Part shown: in pieces, positions 26,480 to 40,149 of the stretch | How the letters are laid out: the number at the start of each line of letters is the position of its first letter | Position numbering within the stretch: the first letter of the stretch is position 1 | Assembly (NCBI RefSeq): GCF_009914755.1 | Contig: NC_060936.1 | From: the human T2T-CHM13v2.0 reference genome, Homo sapiens | Reading direction: 5' to 3' (one strand) | DNA: 64,000 nucleotides | Position numbers and translations under genes: made by a program | Notes under the pieces: generated by a model | Told to the model about the DNA's origin: nothing | Seen by the model: the letters and a program-made list of their open reading frames with translations, nothing else | The model's database searches: none

Positions 26480-28245
26480 AGAATGGCTTTTACCTTAAAG
26501 GAATACTGTCTTTTGCAGTCAAACTCCTTGGAAAAGTTGTATTCCTTCAATTTCTTCAATCCCTGGAGCCTTGTTTTTCTCTTAGACTCCTATCATCTGG
26601 CTTTTCTTTCACCATTCCAATATAACTGCTCTTGCCCAGTTCACCTGTGACTGCCATACTGTAAAATCCAATGATGAATTCATGTCCTCATTTTACTCGT
26701 TCTCTTAGTGACACTCACACAGGTGCTCACTCCCTCTTCACTTCCTTTATATACTTTCCTCACTCACCATTTAGGATACCACTATCTCCTGCTGCAACTG
26801 CTTCTACTTCACAGGTGCTCTTTCTTTTTCTTGGCTGTTTTATTCCAATATTCTCAATGTCGAATTGGTGGAAGATTTCCAGGTTCAGTTTGGTCCTTTT
26901 CTATTCTTGAATTAGCTTCTTTCCTTGGTGAATTCATGCAGTGTCCTGATTTTAAATTCATGTACATGCCAGTGATCCTCGATTTATATTTTTAGCGTGA
27001 TCTTCCTTTTGAACTTCAAACTCAATTATTGGCTGCTTACTCAATATCTTTACTTGTCTGTTTGTTGAAAGTCTCAAACTGAATATATAGAACATTGACT
27101 ACTGTTCTTCCCCTCCTACATCTGCTTACACCCACATCCATTCTTTCAGTTGCTTAACCCTAAATCTTTGGAGTCATCCTGCACTCTTATCTCCCTCCCC
27201 CCAACCCCAACAATGTTGTCTGTCACAGAATCTGGCAATCCAGCACTTTCTCACTACCTCCCTAAATAAATATCTTCTGTATCTTACTGGGATGACTGCA
27301 ATAGCCACCTAACTGGCCTCTCTGCTTCTATTCTTAGTTCAATACTATAAAATCTTCTACAGAAGCCATCCAAGGCAAGGGTAGGGGTAGGAACCCTATA
27401 TCAGATCTTGTCTCCCTTCAACTCAAACCCTACCAGGATTCCTCATTTAACTCAGAGTAAGAGTCAGTCTTATGTAGTCTATAAAGCCCTATAATCTTAT
27501 TCCCCCAAATTCACCTTAAATTTTTCACTTCATTTTCTATGCTTTCTATTTGTCACCTCCACCAAGATATGCCAGCTGCACTGGCCTCTTTGGTTCTACC
27601 ATAAAAGATTAAACATTTGCTATTTATTTATTCTGGCATAAGTCCAGAAATCCATGTGATTAAATCACTTACTTTCTTAAGTCTTTGCTCAGATTTCATC
27701 ATCCCACAGAGGATATCCTGAGGGATTTTTTTTAAATCCTCATATTTTTCTTTTTTTTTCTCTTTTTGAAACATGGTCTCACTCTGTCACCCAGGCTGGA
27801 GTGCAGTGGCTCACTCAGGCTGGAGTGCAGTGGCTTGAATATGGCTCACTTCAACCTCTGCCTCCCAGGCTCAAGTGATCCTCCCACCTCAGCCTCTCGA
27901 GTAGCTGTAACCACAGCCACGTGCCACCATGCCTAGCTAATTTTTGTATTTATTTGGTAAAGATGGGTTTTCACCATGATGCCCAGGCTGGTCTCAAACT
28001 CCTGGGCTCAAGTGATCTGCCTGCTTCAGTGCTGGGATTACAGGCATGATCCATCGTACCTGGCCCTCATATTTCTAAATATTAGATATTAATATCTCAT
28101 TCATTATATAAATTTTTATTGTCTGTTTTCTCCTGGTAAAATAAAAGCTGCACAAAGACAGGAATCTAGTCTCTTTATGCACAGATATAGCCCAAATTCC
28201 TGGAAGAATTCCTGGCACATATAACAAACACTTATTAAATAAAGT
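26480..28245 (+). mobile_element. L2 element interrupted by AluJ
   Basis: L2 body (gaacttcaaactcaa...gctgcttactcaatatctttacttg; tctttggagtcatcctgcactctt) and 3' end (cctggcacatataacaaacacttattaaat). Confidence 0.7.
27748..28064 (-). mobile_element. AluJ with internal 24-bp tandem duplication
   Basis: J diagnostics (gctcaagtgatcctcccacctcag); TSD cctcatattt. Confidence 0.92.
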
Positions 28246-28991
28246 TACCTAACAATTATAAGAGTGCAGCATAGCTCCTTCTTGTATATATTCTGCTATG
28301 TTTCGGTATGTTCAAAAGACAATAGTAAGTACTGATTCTATGCAAGAGGTATATTTTTAAACAATGTGCTGTGTGGAAATCTTCACACTGCTGGCAGAGA
28401 TAATTTGACATTGTAGTGCAGTGCTTGAAATGGCAAGCTGCTTGTTTTTCTATTCTGATGAGAAAAAAAGGCAATCATGAAAGCAGGGTTGGCTGTTCAC
28501 AGAAGTTTTTACTGGAGTTGGCATGGGCAAAAAAAAGAAAAAACAAACAAAAAGTCATGAAATTCTCCCTTGAGTTGTCAGGAACATCAATATCAGAACA
28601 TGGCTTGAATGCAGTGTTAACTAGTTAGAATTAGTGACCAAATACAGGCTGCATACCTGAAGGGAGTAGTGGGATAAGGTACGTATCCAGTCTCTTTGAA
28701 GGCAAGAATGAGCACAAGGCAGTAGTATTTTAATTAGACATTGTAATAAAATCATTCTGTAACTTCCCCTTCCCCTAGAAGAAGAGGAGTTTAGGCATTT
28801 TAGCAATAGCTAGAGTTTTGCTAGATAAATCACACACAGGCAAGGGTCAGGGCAATTTATAGCCTCAAAGTTTCAAAATCAGTTCTTATAAGCCATGGAT
28901 GAACATCAGTGTTTTGAGCATATTAAAAAAAATTCATGACTATTTTCAAAGAGTTTTTTTTTGTTTTGTTTTGTTTTTAATGTTAACATGT

Positions 28992-29301
28992 GGCCAGGCA
29001 TAGTGGCTCATGCCTATAATCCCAGCATTTTGGGAGGCCAAGGCGGGCAGATCACTTGAGCCCAGGAGTTCGAGACCACTCTGGTCAACATGGCAAGACC
29101 TCATCCTAACAAAAAATACAAAACAAAGTAAAACAAAATACCATTAGCTCGGTGTAATGATGTGTGCCTGTAGTCCCAGCTACTCGGGAGGCTGAAGTGT
29201 GAGGATCTCTTCAGCCCCAGAGGTCAAGGCTACAATGAGCCAAGATTGCGCCACTGCACTCCAGCCTGGGCAACAGACTGAGACCCTGTCTCAAAAAAAA
29301 A
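28992..29301 (+). mobile_element. AluJ
   Basis: Full dimer; TSD gttaacatgt. Confidence 0.92.
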
Positions 29302-29785
29302 GTTAACATGTAAGTATATATGTCTAGAATCCATATTGGTAACTGTTAATATACAATTTTATGGGAATAAAAAATTAAATCAAGTTAGTTAAAATTCATG
29401 ATTTCAAATCAGATGTTTATTATTCCAGGGGAAACTTGGAAAAGATCTAAATTATGTGTTAATCAGTCCCAATAAAATAACTGCTACATGTTAAAGAAAC
29501 TACTGGTCTAAGCTTTACCATGAAAATTTTGTTTAAAACATTTCACACTTTGATACTTTGTTTTCCTGAAGAGTAGAGGATATATTTTAATCTTTATTTG
29601 TTTACTGTCTGGCAAACAATAACAATTTAAAAAATATTGTTTAATAAAATAAAGAATGTAAGTACTATATTTGTATATTTAAGATAAAAATATTATCCTT
29701 TAGGTGCAGTCCATGCCCACTCTCTGTATCTAAAGAAAACTGACCCAATATCTGATTGGGGGGGAACAGATATATGGTCCCAAAT

Positions 29786-29787
<2 letters not shown>

Positions 29788-29852
<65 letters not shown>
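29788..29852. repeat. Compound (CA)n(GA)n microsatellite
   Basis: Directly visible, pure repeat. Confidence 0.97.
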
Positions 29853-30433
29853 ATCTGAATGGTTTAATAGCTGCCTTTGAGGCAGTATAAGAAGTTATTG
29901 AAATAAAAATCTTCTCAATTTCCATTCCCCAGGTCACTGTCCAAAGGCAACTAGTGATAACAGATTTTTCATTTTTGTAATTATCATATGCTTAAAACTC
30001 AATTTTTTGTTTTGCAAATTTGGATAATATCTATTTTCTTAACCCTATTAAGAAATATGTTAGTGCACTTAAACATTTATTTTCACCTCTACTACTTCCT
30101 CTCAGCCTCAATATTTGCTTGGTATATTAACATTTTTCTATTTTTAAGCTTTAAATAGGAACTAGGTATTGAATGGAAATTTACATTTTCAGGTTGGTGG
30201 CTGAGGCACCAAACATGAAGATAATAGATGGAATGATGTGCCCATTTTCTAGAGCAGTGCCAGAGCCAGACACAACTTTGTAGGACATAATGAGAGGCAA
30301 TAAAAGCAGCCCAGCAAACATAACTCCCAAGAGCCTATATATCTTACTGATTCATTAGAAGAATGTTGATTAATTGAAGATCTTTTGTAGAGATTCAGAG
30401 TGCTGTGAAGTTTTCCTACTTAAAGATGCTCCT

Positions 30434-31792
<1,359 letters not shown>

Positions 31793-34493
31793 AAAGATGC
31801 TTCTTCATCCATAGTGAAACTGGTAGGAGTAAGGAAGAGAAACTTCTTAAAAGACATTTCAGATGTTTTCATCAAAGGGAAGGCTGGATTATCAGTCCCT
31901 ACAGGACATAAGCCATGATAGATAAATTGTGGTAGACCTGCACCATGCTGCCACTAGAGCAGAGCATGAGAGAAACTCATAGGAGTTCCAGGAGTGTGGA
32001 GAGATATGTGGAAATAAGTACTCAAGCCCCACCTCTCATCCCAAGAATGCTGACTGCTGAAGACTACTGGCTGAACCAATCCATGTTGGCAGCAGCAGAA
32101 GAGGGAGCAAGTACTGGTCAAATTGGCAGAGCAAATATTTATGACCTTAGCAATCAGTCCCTCCAAATCAGTTTTGTGCAGAGTTTCCCATGGAAAGGTG
32201 GGTGACCCGTAAATCACTCTGCCTTTGTTTCTGACATGGCAGTGAACAACCAAAAGCCAAGAGAAACCCATGAAAGCCTCCAGCTGCATAAAAAGGTATT
32301 TTATTTTTTCCTACTATGCCTAGTTCACATGCCCTGATCCTAGAAGAGCCAGAAGCAGCCTAGTGAGTGGAAAAAATGAATAGTAAGAAGAAAGTAACAA
32401 AATCATGACAGAAAAAATCAAATCCTCTTTTTTTATTTCCTGATCCCTAGTTCCAAGCCCCAGGTAAACTCTAAACTGTAAGGAAAGTAGTATGGACCTG
32501 CATGCAAGAATGTAAAAACGGTGTAATCTCTGGGGCACCCTCTGCATTTGTGAATTTGGTATATTCCACCTTTATTTATTGCTCGATTCCTCATATGTTC
32601 TTTGAAGTTAATAATACATTTAAATTATGTGAATAATATTGAGTACTTTCTTTTTATAAGAAAATCACAGCAATATAAGTAAAGCAATAGCTCTCCTCGA
32701 TCTTCATTTAATATAGTTTTCTTTCTAAGACATTGGTTTCATGTCTCAATAGTTTTGATGTGTATTTACCTAATTATTTTCACAAAGAACTTATATACAT
32801 ATATATGTATAAATTCTCCCTTTCTATAGATACAGAAATGTGTTTCATAAGCACTCTGAAATACTTCATATTAAAAACAAGTAAGCAAAATTTCCTCTTT
32901 AATTTGTTTCTAAGCACTTTTAGTTTTCATGAGTTCTCTGCCATTTAAATGGATTTTTATAAAAGGTGGAAGGTCAGTCTATAGATCCCTTCAATATAAA
33001 CCTCTTGAAGCTGTTAAAAATTTTGTACATGTTCTTTTTTTTTCAAGCTCACATCTTAATTTTTAAACTTCTAAATAACATTTTTCTGTGTATCCTCACT
33101 CAGTAGCTTCCTGGACATTTGGTTTTTAATCATAGAACTGGGCATATTTAAACAAATTGCCACAACTACATAAAATATAGAATAACATAACTAAGAGAAA
33201 AAAATGTAGGAAAACTGAAGTGGTTCATGTGACGGAAATTGAAGCTTTGAGAAACCGGATAGTTTTCTTAAGTTTGCACAGTTGATCATGAGTGAATTCA
33301 GAAATCCCATCTGATTTTTTTTTTTCTTAGTCTAACCTTTTTTATATGGTTGCCTTTTCCCAAGGGTATAGCATAGCTAAGGAGAAAAATTGTTGTCTTT
33401 TAAATATATTATGTCAGTGGCTTCCTTGAACTTATGAGAACATTTCAAGGAGTGGATTTTTAAGTGATGCAGCAACATGTTGGACTTTCTCAAGTAAGGG
33501 TGTGACAGATTTCAAAGTTTTCTTTCTTCTATGTCTTCTCTTATACTACCTTCTTCTACTATGTTTTTAAATCCCACATTGTTGAATCCTACAAATCATA
33601 TAGTCTAATGCTAGGTTATAGAGTTTCAAATAAACATACAATCTGTATGCCTGATAGTATTGTACAAAAGTAAAATAAAATTAAGGCAAAACATATATCA
33701 CACTATCAAATCTCATTGATATAGCTAGAAGAATAAAAAAGTATCAGTAGCTTACCAGCTACTGGTAAGCTTTATGTAATATCTAGATATATTGAAATGT
33801 TTTATAGATATTTGTCTTTTTAAAGATCAGTTAATAAATTGTCATTTTGATATCAAATCAGAAAACTACTTGACAAAATTCCATTTCATGGACTGAGTCA
33901 AATGGTTAACAAAATAATCTATTAAAATTATTTAAAAGGCTTTATTTCTGTAGAAATATACAATGTATCATATACCAATAATATAACTCATATTTTGTTG
34001 ATTCTATTGATTGTATATTTTTGTAAAACTAGCTATTTTAGTGTGTAATTCATCTTTGTGTGACAGAAGCATTTGATAATAGGTAGCAATCTTTTCTCCT
34101 TTTTTTTTTTTAACCTCCCGTCGAGGCTGTATTTAGTTTTCTTTGTCACTGATATAATGTAATGTCATTATTATGACAAATGTCACCAATATTCCATTAT
34201 CCCTAGAATGCCAAAGCATGAATCTCCTTTATGACTGTTGTAACATGGAGAGGTCTAGCTTCTGAGAATGTGCTGTCCAGAGACGATTTGTTTGAGAAGT
34301 TTCTATGTGACCCAGGATAAAGTACTAGCCCCTGTGCATCCTCCCCGTATTTTATTTCTAAATGTGATGAATGTAGTTGTCTAGCAAAGCTAACCTGTGT
34401 TTAAAACCAACAACTTCAGTTTCCAAAGCCTAAGACAGAAGTTCAGGGGGTACATATTTTTTCCTGATGCTAGAAGAAAGCCTAGATTGTTTG

Positions 34494-34748
<255 letters not shown>

Positions 34749-35202
34749 TTGGTCTATTTTCCTCTTTTTTAGAGAGAAATGCTTCAGCTGGAATAGCAAG
34801 GGTGAGAAGAAAGATTTTAAAAAATAAAAAGAATCTGAGACATTATCAACTCCATTTTGCAATTTACCATCAAAGAGGAATTCTCTCTCAAAGAAAGTTC
34901 TTGCTTTTGCAGTTTTGTTTAAAACCAAAACAAACACCCCCACACAAGTAATATAGAAAAAAAAGTTAGGTTTGATTTATACAAGACTGAAGGTGAGTAC
35001 AAATAAACAATTCTTGGATAATCTCTTGAAATTTACATCTCCTTTCATCTTACTGAAGTGCAATTGATTGGAGGAACTGTCAGATAGATAGGCACTGATA
35101 AATTGCTTGGTTTGACCAAATGGACTGCACCTTCCTAATGAAATGATCAGGTGTTTCAATTTATGTATAACTTAAATATCAAAAAGTAGATAATGATTAA
35201 TG

Positions 35203-35233
35203 TTTGTATGTGTGTATATGTGTATATATATAT

Positions 35234-35267
<34 letters not shown>
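35203..35267. repeat. Compound (TG)/(TA)/(CA)n microsatellite
   Basis: Directly visible. Confidence 0.9.
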
Positions 35268-35361
35268 TGAGTAGTTAATATATTGAAGCTGGAGGAAATC
35301 AAACTTGGCTAAATTTTGAACTTCTAACAGATTCTTGGGTGATTATCTATATTACCTGAGA

Positions 35362-35680
35362 CTATGTTACTGAAAGTGTGGTTCACAGAGCTGCAGGATT
35401 AGTATCACTCGGATGCGGGCTGAAAATGCACATTCTCTGGTTCCTCTCCTTTAGAGATGAGTGCTAGACCTACTGAATTGGAGTTTCTGGGAATGAGACT
35501 GAAGAATCGGTGCTTTAAAATGTTAAATGACGAGTTAATGGGTACAGCACACCAACACGGCACATGTATACATATGTTACAAACCTGCACATTGTGCACA
35601 TGTACCCTAAAACTTAAAGTATAATAATTAAAAAAAAAGCCCTCCAAGTGATTTTTACACTTGTTACATTTGAAAACTGA
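35362..35680. mobile_element. MER5A-like hAT-Charlie DNA transposon, interrupted by an L1 tail
   Basis: aaagtgtggttc...aaatgcacattctc...agacctactgaattggagtttctggg...ctccaagtgatt...tttgaaaactg. Confidence 0.7.
35519..35638 (+). mobile_element. Extremely 5'-truncated L1PA (~120 bp of 3' end plus A tail)
   Basis: aatgttaaatgacgagttaatggg...taccctaaaacttaaagtataataat-A(n). Confidence 0.93.
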
Positions 35681-36509
35681 CCCAAGAGTTAAGCAGAAGG
35701 AATATTTGAGAATAGGATTTAATTTTTACCTGGGCAGCTGGCATGATTCAGGAGTTATCTGATAAATAACTTAGAAAGGAAAACATTGGGACTCAGATCA
35801 CAAGTGAATGGTTATTTGAAATGATGAAATAAAGTCAAAATCCAGCCATGTACAATGTATGTCCCCAGGGAAACATTCCATCACATGTCCATGTTTTCAG
35901 TTATTCATGTATCTTCTAGGCTAACTAGAACTTCTAGGCTAACTAGAAGATTATAAGGTTCATGTGAGAGTTAACGGGAGCCAACTAGTCTTCAGAATAA
36001 ACAACATGCCCTGTCTACATAAATTCCCCAAACCTCTCTAAAATTTGTATTTTGAGATTTCTTCTGCTTTATGTCTTTTTTTATTAGTTTATAGTGTTGG
36101 TGCAACACACATTTATTATGTTTTATATTGATTATATATTTAATATTCTATATTTCTTAAATTTAGTGAGTACTTTTGCAGTTAACAATTGGGACACATT
36201 GTCAAGTATGCTTTTTTAAGAAGCAATTATGGAAACTGTGAGACAGAATACTTGATAAATGAAATTCTGGAAAACTGTCAAGTATTGACAATGAAGCACT
36301 TGTTATGAGCTGACCCATTTAACATAAAAGTGATTAAACATTTTGATAAGCTACTTTATTAGATAAAACAATCTTTTTCACTTTTATTCTATAGATCTGG
36401 AATATTAAATAAAAAAGAATAAATTCTAAGAGGTAAAAAACTAAAAATGGACTTAAGTGACGAGAACATTTTTAAAAGAGTTTTTATTATTGTCTAATTT
36501 CAAAGAAAC

Positions 36510-36680
36510 CACATAAGATTTTTAAAGTTGAAAAGGTACCAATTGATCTCTCCCATGTTAAAGTCTAGATAATTGAAACCCAGATAGATCAAGTGACTTG
36601 CATGTGACCAGGTCCAGGTACAAACGAGCAGCAGAGTAAACTCTAACCTAAGTCTTCATGGATGAATGCTGTAGCCATTT
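36510..36680 (-). mobile_element. MIR/MIR3 fragment
   Basis: ttgaaacccagatagatcaagtgacttgc core. Confidence 0.5.
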
Positions 36681-38861
36681 GACAGTGCTATTTTTCTTTT
36701 TCTTCTTCTTCTTCCAAGTTCCGAGCATTTTTCATGTTCCTCTCAATTCAGAATTTATGTGCAGCTATGAGTCTAGCTGTTCACTTATATGAACAGAAGC
36801 CCAAATAATGAAGAAAAACTGTAGCTATTAACAAATCATATATATCCCCTGGTTAAGGCGAAAATTACATGTAAAGTAAGAAAATTCCGATAAAGCCCTT
36901 GATTTGATTCCATACTTACCAGCAGAGATTCATCAGCCCTGCTATTAAGAATGTCTTTTTGATCATTTTTCTTCTACTTTTTGGGCCAGCAGGCTGGGAG
37001 ATTTGCAGTGAGATGGGTGCTGCTATCACAACGCTTTCAGGATTCATGAGTTTCCTTGTCACACTGAATTTCCCTAAATACATATCAAAGCCCCTTATTT
37101 AAACTGTCACCAGTTCTGTGGCTTATTACATGCATTTTGAGGCAAAATTCACTTTACATTAATAGTCTTTCCTGGATGTTTGCTATGGAAAATATGGTAA
37201 GTATGTGTGTAAAATTTACTCTATTTCCTTTGAAATTATGACTTGAAAAGCATGCCTATAATTTAACCATTATTACTTTTGTAAGGAATATTTTTGAGCT
37301 ACTCTTCTAACACATTTGAAGGAACTTTAATTGTTTACATGCACAGATATCATCAATAGATTAATTGGACAATAACAATTGAACTTTTTATACCTATTTT
37401 TATCATGTAAATATAATTATACAGTCCTTTTATTAAAACCAAGCCTTCTGTTTACTCTAGGAATGATTTTAGGAGTTGGATTCATTAAGAAATACACTAT
37501 TACTTATGACAGGTATAGGGTTGAGTTACTTTAGATATGAGGAAAAGTATTCGTTTTTGCTTTAAATATAATGATCAAAGCCTGGTTAATTATGAAGAAT
37601 ATGGCAAAGGGAAAGGAGTCTGACATCCTTGTGATTTGCTTCACTTACCATAAAATTTGTTATCACAGAGTTCTCCATCTGCATTTGCCTCACACGTAGA
37701 TCTTGGGCTTGACTTATAAAAAAAGTCTTTAATAAATAACCAATAAATGACCAAGTGGTGAACATCAAACATACTTCCTTGCCCTCAGGGTTATAATAGT
37801 CAGCATAAGTCATTAGTGTAAGTAGATGAGAGTCAGAACAAAAACCAAGTTCCATTCTTTCCCTATTTTTTTCTCTTATGTCAATAAATGACATTACAAG
37901 CTATCATGCTCTTTGGTAGGAAATCTGGAAATCTCTCGGTTCTTGGTTTTCATCACCACTGCTATGATTCTCCACTTCTAAACCTTCAGCCAGTCCTCTG
38001 GGTTCTACCTTCATGCTCTAATCTGCAGTTATTTTCCATTTCTACCGTACTAAAGATCATATTGTCTCAGGACTACTGCAAAATTTTCCCAAGGTTTCTT
38101 CTCATTGCTACATTTGTTGTGTTCTTATTCATGATCTAAAAAGATCACCTGCAGTTCATTCTCGCCTAAAATTTGTCAGTGACTTCTTTTTGCAATGAAA
38201 TTACACTCCAAACTTCTGTGAATGAAGTATTAAGTCTTCTGTGAACTGAGGCTGCATAAATTGCAGCTTATCTTTCCAAATCCATTTCACATCATTCCAG
38301 TGTTTGATTTCTTTGCTACCCACACTGCTCTTTCCTTGGTCTCTACCATGTCAAATTCTTTCACCTTAGTCATTTTCTGGAGTCTTTTCCCCAGGCTTTT
38401 CCCTGCATTTTGTAAAGTTGTCTCCCAAGGTCCAGGACTTCATTGGTTAGCTTCTTCAAAAATCTCATTTTGGGTTCCTAGGTGTCTTTTATATCAAAGC
38501 ATAGAAAGAAAAGAAAAGAGTAGCTTGAAATGAAACTAGGGAGGTAAGTGGGGATCAGTCATGAAGTCAGTTTTGTAGGTTGACTTGGCTTGAATGTTGG
38601 CAGAAACATTTATAAAAGTGAACATTCCTATAGGGAAGGGTTAATGTGATGCCTAAGAAAAGATCATCTTTTATAACAATTGTCCAGAATAGAAGGAGTA
38701 ATTAGGCAGAAAACAGGTCTGGTGACTATCATTCTTGGCCTAAACATCCTGAAGACCAAAACAGAGATGTTTCAAGTGGTTGTGTTCACATTTAGAGAGG
38801 TTATGGGTATAGGGGGTTACCATGTGGGAGAGAATTAGAGTTTAAGCAGGGACCTCTGTAT

Positions 38862-39111
38862 ATTTTTTATTACTTTTTATTATTTATATGTATATATTTA
38901 TTATATTTTAAGTTCTAGGGTATATGTGCACAAAGTGCAGGTTTGTTACTAATGTATACATGTGCCATGTTGGTGTGCTGCACCCATTAACTCGTCATTT
39001 ACATTACGTATATCTCCTAATGCTATCCCTCCCCCATCCCTGCACCCCACAACAGGCCCCGGCATGTGATGTTCCCCTTCCTGTGTCCAAGTGTTCTCAT
39101 TGTTCAATTCC
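38862..39111 (-). mobile_element. Short L1PA 3'UTR insertion
   Basis: Antisense L1PA 3' end (ttaagttctagggta...cacccattaactcgtcattta...cattgttcaattcc). Confidence 0.93.
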
Positions 39112-39295
39112 TTAAGACAAGCACTACTTAGGCAATTTATATATCAAGACAATAAAGTTTGGATTACCTTACAAAAATAATTATATTCACATAAATTATT
39201 ATTATGTATTGTATATTACTAAGTGCCAGGCAAGTTCATGTTCATAGATGCTTATGTTGATTTCTGACAGCATCTATATAAAGTAACATGACAGC

Positions 39296-39601
39296 TTTTT
39301 TTTTTTTTTGACAGGGTCTTGCCCTGTCACTCAGGCTGGAGTACAGTGGTATGATCATGGCTCACTGCAGCCTCGACTTCCTAGGCTTAAGTCATCTTCC
39401 CATCTCAGACTGCAGAGTGCTGACACCACAGGCAGGCAACACCACCCCCAGCTAATTTTTTTATATTTATTTATTTATTTATGTAGAGATGGAGTTTCCC
39501 TATGTTGTCTAGGCTGGTCTTGAACTCATGGACTTAAGGAATACTCCAGGCTCAGCCTCCCTAAGTTATAGGGTTACAGGCATGAGCCACCATGCCTGGC
39601 C
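39296..39601 (-). mobile_element. AluJ inserted into a MIR
   Basis: Antisense dimer; TSD catgacagcttt; flanks continue an antisense MIR (aagtgccaggc... / gaggaaattgaggct). Confidence 0.9.
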
Positions 39602-40149
39602 CATGACAGCTTTATAGTTGAGGAAATTGAGGCTGAAGTTTATTGAAACACCACCAAGATTACATAGCTATAAAACATGTAAATTTGGATTTGACTGCAA
39701 ACCCCATACTTTTCTAGTAACTTTTTCTTCCTTTTAAACATAATAGTAAGCTGCATTTACCCTTTCTATATTTTGATTATTTTCCATAGAGGACTTTTTA
39801 AGTAATATTTTGAATATCTACCCACTGTAGTAGTTTTATTGGAAAGCAGTGAATAGAAAAATAGTTAATTGCTATGTGCCTGAAGTGTTATGTGTAAGAC
39901 AAATATATAATAATTGACACAGTTTTTCCCTTCCTTTCTTGATTTTCTTATCTTCTCATGCTGTTATGATAAGCCTATGTTAGCCTAGAAATTTCACAAC
40001 TGTTTCATGCACTATTAAGGGAATCAGTTGTTGGTGCTTTGATGCTGAGCTTACGTGTTTTTTCTGCATATGAATGTCTGGCTGCCTGTATCTATTGATT
40101 TTCCCAAGCAACTTTCCTCTCTCTTTTTACTTAAATCTCAGTTAATTCT

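Noticed and set aside
31810-32550. GC-richer segment with 86- and 111-aa ORFs
   Set aside because: Probably an old LTR-like repeat I cannot name; no protein motif or splice structure
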